The position numbers were made by a program, and so were the translations under genes. Below, piece after piece: positions 51,341 through 64,000 of a DNA stretch of 64,000 nucleotides (within the stretch, counting starts at the first letter, position 1; each line of letters starts with the position of its first letter). The stretch is from Welwitschia mirabilis (lineage: Eukaryota), in NCBI GenBank assembly GCA_051453625.1, contig JBOZIK010000001.1, forward strand, positions 4,052,123-4,116,122. The letters are read 5' to 3'. A model generated the notes under the pieces. That model did no database searches, was not told the origin of the DNA, and worked only from the letters and a program-made list of their open reading frames with translations.

Positions 51341-53019
51341 TCTTTCTTTTTTCTTTTTTTCCTTGTAAATAAAGTGCTGAGTAGGACTTAGGATCTAAAT
51401 AAAATTTGTTTTTAATTTTCTTTGGTATTTCGTTTTGATTTTATGATTGTTATGATTTTGTCTTTGATTTTTAATTTTTAATAAATTAATCTATAGATGG
51501 TTAGGTCCTTATATTTTAGAGAGAGTAAGTTTTTAGTGACTTACTTGAATTTTTTTATTTAAACACTAGGGGAATTCAAAAAAATGTATAAGAGTTGAAC
51601 ATCTGTGAGTTATTAAACTTTAAAAATGATATAAGTAATTGTTTTGAAAATTCTCCTATCATTATAAATTCTTTCTTAGCTAATTCTTTTAGTGGACATC
51701 ATGTTATCACTTAAACATCTTTAAAACTTGACTAATGTTTCACTTTATGAAGTTACTATGACTAGTAATTTTTACTTATGCATTTCAAAAGTGATAAGAT
51801 TGGATTCACATAATCTTAAGACATTAAAATATGTGTGAAATTTATTTTAAAGGAAGATGCTTTAGTTTTTTTATGTTTTCTCTTAATGGTATGAGTTTTT
51901 GGTTGTTTGGGGGTGTTATTTNNNNNNNNNNNNNNNNNNNNNNNNNNNNNNNNNNNNNNNNNNNNNNNNNNNNNNNNNNNNNNNNNNNNNNNNNNNNNNA
52001 AAAAAAAAAAGAATAACGACCATGATCTATTATTTCTATGTTAAATACATGGTCATCATAATGTCCTACTATATTAGGATAATTTTTTTTAAAAGGGATC
52101 TTTCATAGTATTAGTAGCTATGGGAACCCCCATGGGGGATCAGTTGGCCATGCTTCATGAGTTCCTACTTCTTTGATGATAGTTTCACCCCTGTTCATCA
52201 TGGAATAATAATAAATACTTTAAGGCTACAGGGTTAGTGGTGTCCCTAGTATCACTAGAGGCATTGTTTGTTTCCTAGACTAATTGAAATTATAGTATTA
52301 TCATATGGTCATTTCACTTTTGAGGATTCAGGTGTGCTTTGAGTTGTGAATAGGTGAGTCCATTTTTAAGTAGCTTTTAATCTTGTCATTTATTATTTTT
52401 AAATAATAGTTGCTTAGCATCATCATAATCACTACCTTTTCAAGTGAAACTTTATGAAATTTTTGCATTATGACATGCATCATTAGTCAGGTAATTTTCT
52501 AATTTCTTTCTGAGGGTTTACTAAGTTAGAATTAAGAGTAGGCATATAATCTTCTATATATTTGTAGTTATCCATTTTTGTTTTGTTTTTCTTAAATGTC
52601 TTATTTTGTATTCTAAATTTCTTTTCATACATTTTCATCATAAATATGTAGGACTTAATCATTTATAGTTTTTTATTAATTTTTATTTTTAACTTACACA
52701 GTCTTCTTTATAAATTTGATTTTCTTTTTAGTGCTTTTAGCAAATAATGCTTCTTAGTTTATGATGCTGATTTTTTCCATCTATTCTTTTAGTATCTTTT
52801 TTGAGTTTACTTTTCTTTAATTTTCCTTTTGAGTTTTTATGCATCATATTTTTTAATAGTTGTGAGTTCATGGCATATTTCATAATCTCCTTAGCTTGCT
52901 TCATTCACCTTCTTTGTCATGCCTTCTTCATCATGATTCTTAGCCATTTTCCATCTCTCAAACTTTTTGATAACTTTTTAAAACCTCCTTAATGCTATCT
53001 AAGCTTAACTAATTCTATT

Positions 53020-54229
53020 TATTGTGATGCATATTTATGAAAATGTTACATCCTTAAATAAATTATATTAATCACAAATATATGCATAAACATAACATAC
53101 TAATATAGATAGAAGTATACCTAGATGTCATAATTTGTTGAGGGCACTAGGCGAGAATAAACAGGATTGATTTTCATAACGTAAAGGTTAAAAATAAAAA
53201 TCAATAATGCAAGAAAAGTAAACACATAATGTGAATGCAAATGCAATCTATTTTAAATGAAATATCTATTTGATTATTAAATCTTTATTATTAAGATCAG
53301 CCTTGTATAACCTAGATCAATTAAGAAAATTATCACTAATCTTAACTAACCTAAGCTATGAAGTATGTTAAACAGAGTAGGAAAAACATGTAATGATTAA
53401 TCTAGGAAATATAAAATGCAATGTAGGTTTCTAAAATAACATTTTTAACCTTAACAAAGATTGCCCTTGATTACCTATATCATAAATAAAACTGTCATGA
53501 AATCATAAGCAACATAAATCATAAGGAAGATGTACATGAATAAATAACACTAGAGGAATATTTTCATTAAAATCAAATCAACATCCTATTATAAAGTAGT
53601 ACCTTGATGAAGGAGCCACAATCCAATACTAAAGAAAACCCCTCTCTATAATTAATGGATATACTTTGGCTCTTCAAGCTCCTATCACAAGAATTTATAA
53701 TGCAATGAAGATCATTGAAGTTGAGGATAAAGGCCATATTTATTGACAATAATATAATTAAAAGTAGATAATTATAATAGATGTATGAGAAATCATAATG
53801 ATGCACAAAAAGTACATGACATATTACATAAGTTTAATGAAGTTTAGTACTTTAATTAAAATTAGATTATCATCCTAGTTATCATCCAAATGATGGTTGG
53901 GATGATGCCATATTAAGAGAGTTCTATATTTAGCTTTCATGTTGATCTTGTTACATCCTAGTCAGCATGTGAATGGTATTGTCTAGGTGGTCATCCAAAT
54001 GATTGAGGAGATGATAATCTTCTTCAAGCTCTTAATCAAGTAAATTTTTATTTGTAGAATATTAATTCCTTATTAAAACATTAAGTGTTATAATTAATCC
54101 AAAATATTTGCAAAAGTGCTAGTATTTGTGCATTTCTATGATTTATTCTTTTATTCTTAAACCTATCTAAATGTCTTGCAAAACTACTTAAAATACCCCA
54201 TTAAAAACATACAATTTGGTGTCATAACA
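53020..54229 (-). repeat. 3' LTR of B3
   Basis: Colinear direct repeat of 60596-61784; adjacent PPT. Confidence 0.88.
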
Positions 54230-56890
54230 TAGCCCTCCACTTAGTCCTGTCAATTCCTAATAAAGTTGGCAAAAAACTATAATTACAAGTCAAATTGACT
54301 AAGATAAAACACTAACTAGGAATATGTAAATTAAGTTCAGAAATCTCATTTTATGGGATAAAAAACTTAGAACCTAATAAATGAGAATGTTTATCTTGGT
54401 AGATGTTATGATGGTATTATCATCTAGAATATTGTCTGAACAATTATGGGGATAATAGGTTCTTAAAAATCAATTTGTAAAATTGATTTCCTATAATCAT
54501 GTTCATTAAAAAATAAAATCATAATACTTAGCAGGATATTAGCCCCCCAGTCAAAACATCTGGTGCATTAAAAAGACAGAAATTGGATGTCATAATAAAA
54601 ATAATCATCATAAGATATGACCATAATAACTTACATAAATGATGTGCATGTATAGTAAAAAAATCAATAATTTAAAATTAATTTTCAACAAGAATTAAGT
54701 TTTAAACCATAATCAAAGACTATATTACCTTCAATCACGGTCTTAAGAACTTCTTGTATCATTCCTATAAGGAAAATAAACTACAAGTATTCTACTATTA
54801 ATTACATGTTTTGTTAAATAATCTCTATAATATATATCACTCAAATTATAGGCATTCAGAATTTGATTAGTACACTACAACTATATCTCACGAAAATATA
54901 AAAATAACCCTTAAAAATGTAAGGTTTAAACTTTTTTCTCAAAAGTATCTTATTCCCTTCCTCCCCCCCCCCTTCTCCCCCCCAACTCCTCCTCCTCCTC
55001 CCTTCCTTTCTATTAAGTGAATCAATAAGTCCTGTATTGCATTAAGGTAAGATGAAAAAGATCAATATGCAAGTTTAGTAAAAGTGAGTAAAATAGGAAA
55101 GACTGGGATCACTATATTGTACACAAAAAGAAGGGTTAGAAAGAGATAGAAAAAGATGGAACAAAAAGATGATGCACCTCATAAATTATCTATGGATTAT
55201 TTACCTAGTTATTTGGATAATAGGTAGGATAACACAATTTTTCAAAAGATTAAAAAATTTGGAATTATCAGCAAAAGTAATTAAGCTCATATAGCATTAT
55301 GTAGGTTTTAGAAAGTTATTAGAAAGTATGAAAGATGGGAAATGGCTAAGAATCATGATAAATAAGGCATGATAAAGGAGGTGATACCAAGCTAAGGAAG
55401 ATAAATGTACTATAAACTTACAATTTATTAATTGCATTGAAACTCAAAAAGAAAATTAATGAACTAAAAGAATAGATGGAAAAATTACCATAAAAAATTA
55501 AAGAAACATTATTTACAAAAAGAAACTTAACTGCTATAAACAAAAACTATAGATGAGAAATAAAAATTAAAAAGAAAACTATTAAATGATCAAGTCCTAA
55601 GCATTTATGATAAAAAAGTATGGAAATGACTTTGAAATACCAAAGGAAACAACTAAGGAAGAAAAAATAAAAATGAACAACTTAGGAACATGAAGAATAT
55701 TATATACCTACCCTAAATTCAAACATAGTAAACCCTCATTGAAGAAATCATAAAATCTCCTAATTAATGATGCATGACATAATGAAAAAACTCCATAAAG
55801 TACCAATTGAATAGGTAGTGATTACCACAATGCCAAGTAATTAATATTTTCAAATAATGAATGGTAAAATTAAAAGCTACAATAGAAGAACTCACCTACT
55901 CACATCCCAAAACACACCTAAAACCTTAAAAGTGAAGTGACTATATGGGAGTACTATAAGTACAATAAGTCTAGGAAATAAGCAATACCTCTAATGATAC
56001 TAGGAACACCCCTGATCCTGTAGCCTCGAAGTATTTTATTTTAATCCATAATGAGGGGAGTGCAACCATAGTTAGAAAAATAGGAACATGTGAAGCATGA
56101 CCAACTGATCCTCTAGTATAGTTCCTATAGCTACCAATATTACTAAAGGTTCCTTTTAAGAAAATTTACCCCAATGTGATAGGATATCATGGTGATCATG
56201 TAACTAGCACAGAAATATTAATCATGGTCATTATTCTTTTTTTTTTAAATATACTTCTTTAAATTAAATTCCACATGACCAAACTCATCAAGACCAAGGT
56301 GAAGAAATGAGAAGAAAAATAACAAAATAATTAAATATTTAAATCATTGGAAGAAAACACAAAAAATAAAGCATCTTCCCTTAAATGAAGTTTATAGATA
56401 TTTGAATGTCTTAATATTAGATGAATCTAATTTTATTACTTTGAAATGTCCAAGTAAANNNNNNNNNNGACTAACCATGGTAAATTCATAAAGTAAATCA
56501 TAAGTTAAGTTAAATATGTTGAAGTAATAGCATGACATCTAACAAAAGAATAAGCTAAGAAATAATTCAGATAATGGTAGGATAACATTCAAAACAATTA
56601 CTTCTATCATGTTTAAGATCTTTTGATAATTCATGGATTTTTAGGGATTCTTCATTTTTCAAATTTCCTTAGTTTTTAAATCAAAAATCTTAACTAAGTC
56701 ATTCAAAATGTACTTTCTTGAAAAGATAAGAGCCTAATCATCTAGAGATTAATTTATTGAAATAAAAACCAAAGAGAAAAATATAATAACATAAAATAAA
56801 AATAAAATATAAAGTCAAATAAAAAATGTTCCATTTAAATATTAATTCCTATCTAAAACTTTATTTGCAATAAGGAAAAGAAAGAATAAT

Positions 56891-59800
56891 TTATTTCAAT
56901 CCTAGGATAATGTACTTTCTCAAAAAAAATAAGGACCAAATCAAATAAAGACCAATTGATAAAACATGAAAGGCATATATGCATGAAAAGCTAATATTTT
57001 GGCTCATAAGATTTATTTGCAATATAAGAGATAAAAGGTTTATATAATTCATGGAAGAACAATCTCTTACCAAACTCATGATATAAAGAATTTCAAATAT
57101 AGATTTCATCTAAAAATTGATATTGAGGATGAGAAATATTAATGGATCTATTAGGAATCAAAAAAATTAGAGAAAGCTTCTTACGATGAATGATTAAGGT
57201 AGGATTAATATACTTAAGAATTTTTCTAAGTCTCAGCTTAAAGTATGAATTATTAAAAAGATAAAATTTCTATAATTTAGAAGTTCAATATTTTTGAATT
57301 TATTATTTTAAAAAGATTTATCATTAAAAGCTAAAGTGAACTTGGTATAAAAGGAAATAATGTTTCTTTGAATATTTTTAAGAGAATGAAATGAAGAAAT
57401 ATTAGAAGATTTTCTAAATTGGATTATCGTCTTGGAAATGATAGATTTATTTTTCACTAAGTTTGATTGAGATTTTTTTATATTTCTCATTACTCCTCCT
57501 TTTTTCTTTATTGTTTTTGATCTTACTATGTTGAATCTTTTTTATATTTCTCTAATTAGTAACTTTATCTTTCCCTTTATCATTATTTTTATTTCTCTTT
57601 TTTTGATTTTTATATTTCTAACTATCATCCTACTCTATCATCCAAATGACAGGGGTGAATGATGAGGCTTATAGTAAAACGTTTTAATTAAGTTCACTTC
57701 TTTATCCTTGTGATTAAAGCCATTTACTTTTATTAGACTTTTGTGAAAAGTCAAGTCTTGTAGTATTCTTAATCTCTCTCTAACTGAATGATGTTAAATA
57801 AAGTTAGTTTAGCTCTTTTTTCTAGATTTTCTTCATCACCTATATCTTTCTCTATAGCATCAAAAACTTTAATAGTATATCTCTTATTAGCAATGTGACA
57901 TTCAATTAATTCAGTTCGTGTATCTATGATGTAATGGGCAGTTTTACAAAAGGTTTTTCCTAAAAGTAGTGAATACTTTCCGTTATGCTATACTTCAATT
58001 ATAAACATATCTATGGGGTAGAAGGCTCCTTTTATTTAAATAACTAAGTTTTTAATAATCCCTACAGGTTTTCTAGTCAATGTATCAACTAATTCTAAGG
58101 TGATTTGTATAGGTTTAATTCTTTCTTCTAGCCCAAATCTTTTACAAATGTAAAGAGGTATGATATCTACACTTGCTCCTATATCAATAAAGCTTTTTTG
58201 ATTTTCTTATTCCCTTCTAAAGTAGCACTTACTATAGCTACCACGTGATCTTTAAATTTAGGTGCTTTGTTTATGACTAAGTTGAAAATGTATTGTGCAA
58301 GAAAAACTCTACTAGAAATAGTATGTTTTTGTTTTTTTCTAATTAGATCTTTCCACAACTTAGCATACTTAGGATTTTCTTGCAAGAGTTTCTAAAAAAG
58401 GGAGTTAATATCAACATCTTGCATTAAAGCTTTTAAGTATTTATTAAAAACAAGATTTGTATTTAGTCTATCAAGCTAAGGAGTAGCTTATCTTTTCCTT
58501 TTATTTTTTCATAAAGGCTTATCTAATGTTGAAGGGAAATTATATGATTCTAAGATTTTATATCCTCCCTCTCCTTATCTTTCTCAACATTTTTAGAAGT
58601 TAAAGTTTCATGAATAGGTGGTGGTGTATAAATTATTTTGCAATCTCTTTTTACTTCATTTGGATTCGGAAAAGTTTGAGTTGTAAGAGATCCTTGTAAT
58701 CTTCGAAGGGCTAACAACTGATTACTAAAATATCTTAACTAAATTTCTAATGTTTCTATTAGTTTTACTTAAATCTTTTATACTTAGTTCATTTTAATTT
58801 TAAGTACTTAGTTATTTGATTGGAAATTTAAATTATTTAATATATTCTCAAAAGGTTTTTAATTATTTTACCCACTTATTTCTTGTTGACATTTCATTTG
58901 ATTTTGAAAATTTGGGCCTTTGGTTAAATGCACATACTTATTCAAGTACTTTCTCTTTACATGAAGGTAATAAGGAATATTTTTTTATTACGTGAGAGTT
59001 ATCTTGATAAATATATCATGTTGATATTACACTCTTTTCATTTGCTACTTTTTCATTTAGAGTCATTTGATTGTATTTCTCCAATGTAGTAGTGAAATTC
59101 TTGATTACTTTTGTTGAATTATTTTGTTATTTATTATTATCATATTTCACTTATTTTAAATTTTTTATCATTTACTATACAATTTAAATTTTTTTAAAAA
59201 CTTGATTTAGGTCAAGTCTAACCAAATTTTAATATGATTTTCCAACAATGTTCATGCATTTTCTCAATCTAAACTTATTAAATTGCCATCACACAAAAAA
59301 TCTATAGGTTGTTTGGTTTTTCTATTTAGTCCACTATAAAAATAATGTATTAATTGTTCTTTAGGAAGTTTATTAACAGGATTAGAATGAGTTGCTATAT
59401 TGAATCATTCATATGTTATAGAATAATCTTCATTAGGTTGTTGTTGGAAATTTGTGACTTCTTTTTTTCTTTTTCTTATTGTGCTTTCACTCATGAATCT
59501 TTTGATAAAATCATCTTATACTTGACTTAATATTTTAATACTTTTATGTTATATAGATTTAAGCCAAAGTTTTAATCTGTCTTTAAGTGTAATAGGAAAA
59601 ATAATCATGTAATTTCTATCACTAGTTCATCTTTTTTCATTTCTTGAAGTGAGCTCTAATTGTCCTATGTTAGCAAAATTTTGAAAAGGATCTTCATTAG
59701 GTTCTCCTAAAAATGTTGAATTAGAATTTAATTTTTTTAGATATACATCATCACCAGAAGGTAGATTAAAAGTGTTTTGTATTTCATGTTTTCTATGGGC

Positions 59801-60135
59801 TATTAAATCTCTAAGTTTAATATTTGCATTAGATGTGTATGCATTAGGAGTTCTTATCATGGTTGGGGTATTGGATGATGCTACTTGCTTTTACTTTTGC
59901 CTCGTATTCAAAATAGATTTAAAAAAATGATTCACTTCTAAACTATTGCTTTTTTGAAAAATAATACTTTGTTATAATAAAAGTTGAAAAATTTTTGTTT
60001 AATTCTTGGAATTCTTTATTTACTTGGGTGTGCATACTTAAAATAAGTTTGAATTCAACAAGATCTTCTCTAATATTTTTCTTAATTAGGCTTCACTTCA
60101 TATGACACTTTGTCATTTTATCTAAGTGTACTATG
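56891..60135 (-). pseudogene. gag: B3 gag-protease plus C-terminal extension
   Basis: ORF track: STFLGEPNEDPFQNFANI (59627-59860); QENPKYAKLWKDLI...APKFKD...VSATLEGNKKIKKAL (58179-58385); extension fragments 57308-57490 and 56891-57109 region. No pol motifs. Confidence 0.85.
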
Positions 60136-60595
60136 TCCCTACATGATCAATTATGTTTTTGCAATCTCGCCTCTATCATTGTTCAGGTGATAACTTGGAT
60201 GACTACTATATAGAAAACAAAAATAAAAAACTAAAAATAGAGAAAAATAAAAATAAAACTAAAACCAAAACTGATAGTCATTTATCTATGTTATTTTAAT
60301 GATAGAGGAGATGATATCAATTTATTATATGATAGAAAACCAAAAATTAAAATCATAGAAATTTTAGAAAAACCCTAATCCTTTGCATTGTCCGCTTATG
60401 TTATCTGAGAAACAAATAGGATGATAGGCTTAAAAAATAAAAAAATACCAAAAAATGTGGAAATAAAAACTATGATATTTATAATAAAAATATAATGCTA
60501 TCATAAACAAATACCTGAATTAAAATCCAAAGCACTTATCTAGGTAATTATAATTCTTGAACTCCTTGCGATCTTTCCTAGTAACAATGCCAAGA

Positions 60596-61784
60596 TGTTC
60601 TAGTATGTATTTATGCAAATGATATTTCTTTAGTCAAGTCCTATTAATCAGAAATATATGCACAAACATAATATAGTAATATAGATTATAGTAGATCCAA
60701 ATGTGTTAATTTCTTAAAGACACTAGACAAGAAGAAGAAGAATTAATTTTGACAAAGTAAAGATTCAAAATGAAAATCAATACTACAAGAAAAGTAAACA
60801 CATAATGCAAATGCAAATGCAATCTACTCTAGATGGAATATCTATTTAGCTATTAAATATATATCATTAATATCATCCCTATATAACCTAGATTAATTAA
60901 GAAAACTATTAATAACCATAACAGACCTATATCACAAATGAAGTTGTTATAAATGAAGTTCCTTAACTAGTATTTTTAACTTTAACAAAGTTGTCCTTGA
61001 TGACATATATCACAAATGAAGTTATCATGGAAACATAAGTAACATAAACTATAAGGGAGATATACATGAATAAATAAAACTAAAAGAATATTTCCATTAA
61101 AAATCAAACCAACATCTTGTTATAAACAATAGCACCTCGATGAAGGAAACGCATCCCAACACTAATAAAGACTCCTCTCTGAAACTAGTGGGTGGACTTC
61201 TAGTTCTTTAATCTCCTATCATGATAATTTTTAGTAAAATGAAGATTATTAGAGTCAAGGAAAAAGGCCATATTTATTAACAACAATAAATTAAAAAATA
61301 GACGATCTTAATAGATGCATGAGAAACCCTAATGGTGCATTGAAATCACATGCAATATTGCATAAGTTTGATCAAGTTTAGTACATTAACTAAAACTATA
61401 TTATCATCCTGGTTGTTATTTGGATGATGGTGGGGATGATTCCATGTCAAAAGTATTCTATATTTAGCCTTCATGTCGATCAATCCCACATCTTAATCAG
61501 CATGTAAGTGGTATCATATAAGTGGTTATTTAGATGATTTAGGTAATGATAGTATTCTTTAAGCTATTAATCAAGTAAATCTAGTTTTGTAGAACATTAA
61601 TTCCTCCTTAAAATGTGAAGTTTTATAATTGATTCAAAATGCCTCCAAAAGTACTAGTATTTGTTCATTTTAGTGATTTTATCCTTGACTTCCAATAATA
61701 ATTATTTTATGTTTAAATCTATCTAAATGTCCTATAAACTATTTAAAATATTTCATCAAAAACATATAATTTAACATCACAATG
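60596..61784 (-). repeat. 5' LTR of B3
   Basis: Adjacent to the PBS; direct repeat of 53020-54229; outer flank matches the TSD. Confidence 0.88.
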
Positions 61785-63600
61785 CTAATATTTTCATTTT
61801 TTTAAAATCTTTTCAAAACCTTGTTGTCCACCTTATCATCCAAATGACTAAGCAAGATGACACACTCATATTTTCTAAGATACATTAGTTTTTTATTTTA
61901 TCTTTTTTATACTAAATATAACCCTTCTTTTCATACATAGAATACTATTCCTAGGTCTACCTATTTTGCTTCTTTATACTTAACTTGCATGTTGATATTT
62001 ATTTTCCTCATGTTAATGCAATACAAGACATATTAATTCACTTGTGAAGGGGACAAGACATATATTTTGAAGTATTTTAAAGAAAAAATCTTAAGTTTTT
62101 AAGGGTTATTTTTAGTTTTCACAATACATATTTATAATGTACTTTTCTAATTTTGACTGCCTATTATTTGAGTGATATGCATTATGGATGCTATTTAGTA
62201 AAACATGTACTTAAGAGTAGAATACTTGCAATTTGTTTTCCTTGTAGGGGCAATCTAAGAAATTGATGAGATCATGAATGAAGGGAATAATGTTATGATT
62301 GATTATTTTTTATATAATTTCCCTTGTATATTATGCTTAAAAACTCAATGTTTATCTTATAAATTTCATTTTTGAGTTATGAAGTTTTCTAATCATACAT
62401 GCATATCATTTTTCTACGTTATNNNNNNNNNNNNNNNNNNNNNNNNNNNNNNNNNNNNNNNNNNNNNNNNNNNNNNNNNNNNNNNNNNNNNNNNNNNNNN
62501 NNNNNNNNNNNNNNNNNNNNNNNNNNNNNNNNNNNNNNNNNNNNNNNNNNNNNNNNNNNNNNNNNNNNCAGTTGCAAGCACTTGATTTTAGAGTATAATT
62601 TTTAGAATCTTTTTATCCCCATAATCATCTAGATGACATGTTGGATAATAGCATAGTTACATTATCTATTAGGTAAAACAATTTATTTTATTTGATTCTG
62701 AGATTTAATCTTGCATAATGAAATTTTTGAACTTGATTTACATATTCCTAGTTAATTTCTATCTTAGTCAATTTAGCTTGCAATTATAGTTGTTTGCCAA
62801 CTTTACCAGGGACTAACAAGGCTAAGTGGAGTGCTATGTTGTAANNNNNNNNNNNNNNNNNNNNNNNNNNNNNNNNNNNNNNNNNNNNNNNNNNNNNNNN
62901 NNNNNNNNNNNNNNNNNNNNNNNNNNNNNNNNNNNNNNNNNNNNNNNNNNNNNNNNNNNNNNNNNNNNNNNNNNNNNNNNNNNNNNNNNNNNNNNNNNNN
63001 NNNNNNNNNNNNNNNNNNNNNNNNNNNNNNNNNNNNNNNNNNNNNNNNNNNNNNNNNNNNNNNNNNNNNNNNNNNNNNNNNNNNNNNNNNNNNNNNNNNN
63101 NNNNNNNNNNNNNNNNNNNNNNNNNNNNNNNNNNNNNNNNNNNNNNNNNNNNNNNNNNNNNNNNNNNNNNNNNNNNNNNNNNNNNNNNNNNNNNNNNNNN
63201 NNNNNNNNNNNNNNNNNNNNNNNNNNNNNNNNNNNNNNNNNNNNNNNNNNNNNNNNNNNNNNNNNNNNNNNNNNNNNNNNNNNNNNNNNNNNNNNNNNNN
63301 NNNNNNNNNNNNNNNNNNNNNNNNNNNNNNNNNNNNNNNNNNNNNNNNNNNNNNNNNNNNNNNNNNNNNNNNNNNNNNNNNNNNNNNNNNNNNNNNNNNN
63401 NNNNNNNNNNNNNNNNNNNNNNNNNNNNNNNNNNNNNNNNNNNNNNNNNNNNNNNNNNNNNNNNNNNNNNNNNNNNNNNNNNNNNNNNNNNNNNNNNNNN
63501 NNNNNNNNNNNNNNNNNNNNNNNNNNNNNNNNNNNNNNNNNNNNNAATTATAGTTGTTTACCAACTTTACCAGGGACTAACAAGGCTAAGTGGAGTGCTA

Positions 63601-64000
63601 TGTTGTAATGTTAAATTATATGTTTTGATGGGGTATTTTGAGTAGTTTACAAGACATTTAAATAGGTTTAAGCAAAAAACAAAAATTATTGAGAGTCAAG
63701 GGAAATATCATAGAAACACATAATTGCCAGCACATATGGAGGCATTGTGGATCAATGCTAATACTTCACATTTTAAGGACCAATTAATGTTTTATAAGGC
63801 CAAACTCACTTGGTTGAAGAGCTTGAAAAAATCTATCATTCCTTTAACCACAAAGATGCCACCACTTACATGCTAACTAGGATGGTGACTAGACCAACAT
63901 GAAGGGTAAATATAAAACTCTCTTAACATGGCATTATCCCCACTAGTATTTAGATGATTAAAAGAATGATACCTAATTTTAGTTAATATATCAAATTTTA
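63601..64000 (+). repeat. 3' LTR of B2 (partial)
   Basis: Starts tgttgtaatg after PPT aagtggagtgcta; aligns with 46178-46570. Confidence 0.85.

Larger units (their letters stand above)
53020..61784 (-). mobile_element. Element B3: structurally complete non-autonomous Athila-like element (about 8.8 kb) with TSD
   Basis: 3' LTR 53020-54229; PPT reverse at about 54231-54243; 5' LTR 60596-61784; PBS reverse at 60575-60592 (tggcattgttactaggaa); TSD ctatt (53015-53019) / ctaat (61785-61789). Confidence 0.9.
46178..64000 (+). mobile_element. Element B2: non-autonomous Athila-like gag-protease element, interrupted by B3; 3' LTR runs off the window
   Basis: 5' LTR about 46178-47438; PBS tggcaccattactagaaa at 47442-47459; gag-protease; 3' UTR continues from 53019 to 61785; PPT aagtggag then 3' LTR tgttgtaatg from 63601. 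Confidence 0.85.

Noticed and set aside
52160-52200. Hammerhead ribozyme (ttgatga...gtttc)
   Set aside because: The CUGANGA and GAAA cores are not present in correct order or conserved in the other four copies; no convincing twister match by eye either.
62784-63608. Apparent doubled PPT and LTR start
   Set aside because: Near-identical sequence on both sides of the gap; assembly artefact.

Overview
This window is very AT-rich, CpG-depleted eukaryotic DNA, most likely plant (plant-type tRNA-Asp and tRNA-iMet primer-binding sites, Sirevirus and Athila-like elements). I found no intact host gene. It consists mostly of old, nested LTR retrotransposons with many N gaps. Left to right: (A) a pol-less Athila-like element at 1-6142; a candidate tRNA-derived SINE near 8.2 kb; a decayed Ty1/Copia pol on the minus strand at about 12.1-14.9 kb; an Athila LTR+PBS fragment near 15.5-16 kb; and a Sirevirus PPT-LTR-PBS-gag segment at 16.9-21 kb. 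From 21.2 kb to the end lies a nested stack of one Athila-like superfamily. It includes one pol-containing element (D, 31711-40975, with a duplicated RNase H-integrase block) inserted into the gag of a pol-less relative (C1), and several non-autonomous gag-protease copies (B1-B4). B3 (53020-61784) sits in reverse orientation inside B2. The most notable observations are: (1) in the B copies RT-RNase H-integrase is replaced, from a shared palindromic breakpoint, by a conserved coding-like extension with a hydrophobic end; (2) a GC-richer stem-loop element in the 3' UTR is shared by five autonomous and non-autonomous copies; (3) a Sirevirus LTR carries both a PPT upstream and a PBS downstream. 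All ORFs are pseudogenised. Coordinates were read by eye and internal boundaries are approximate.
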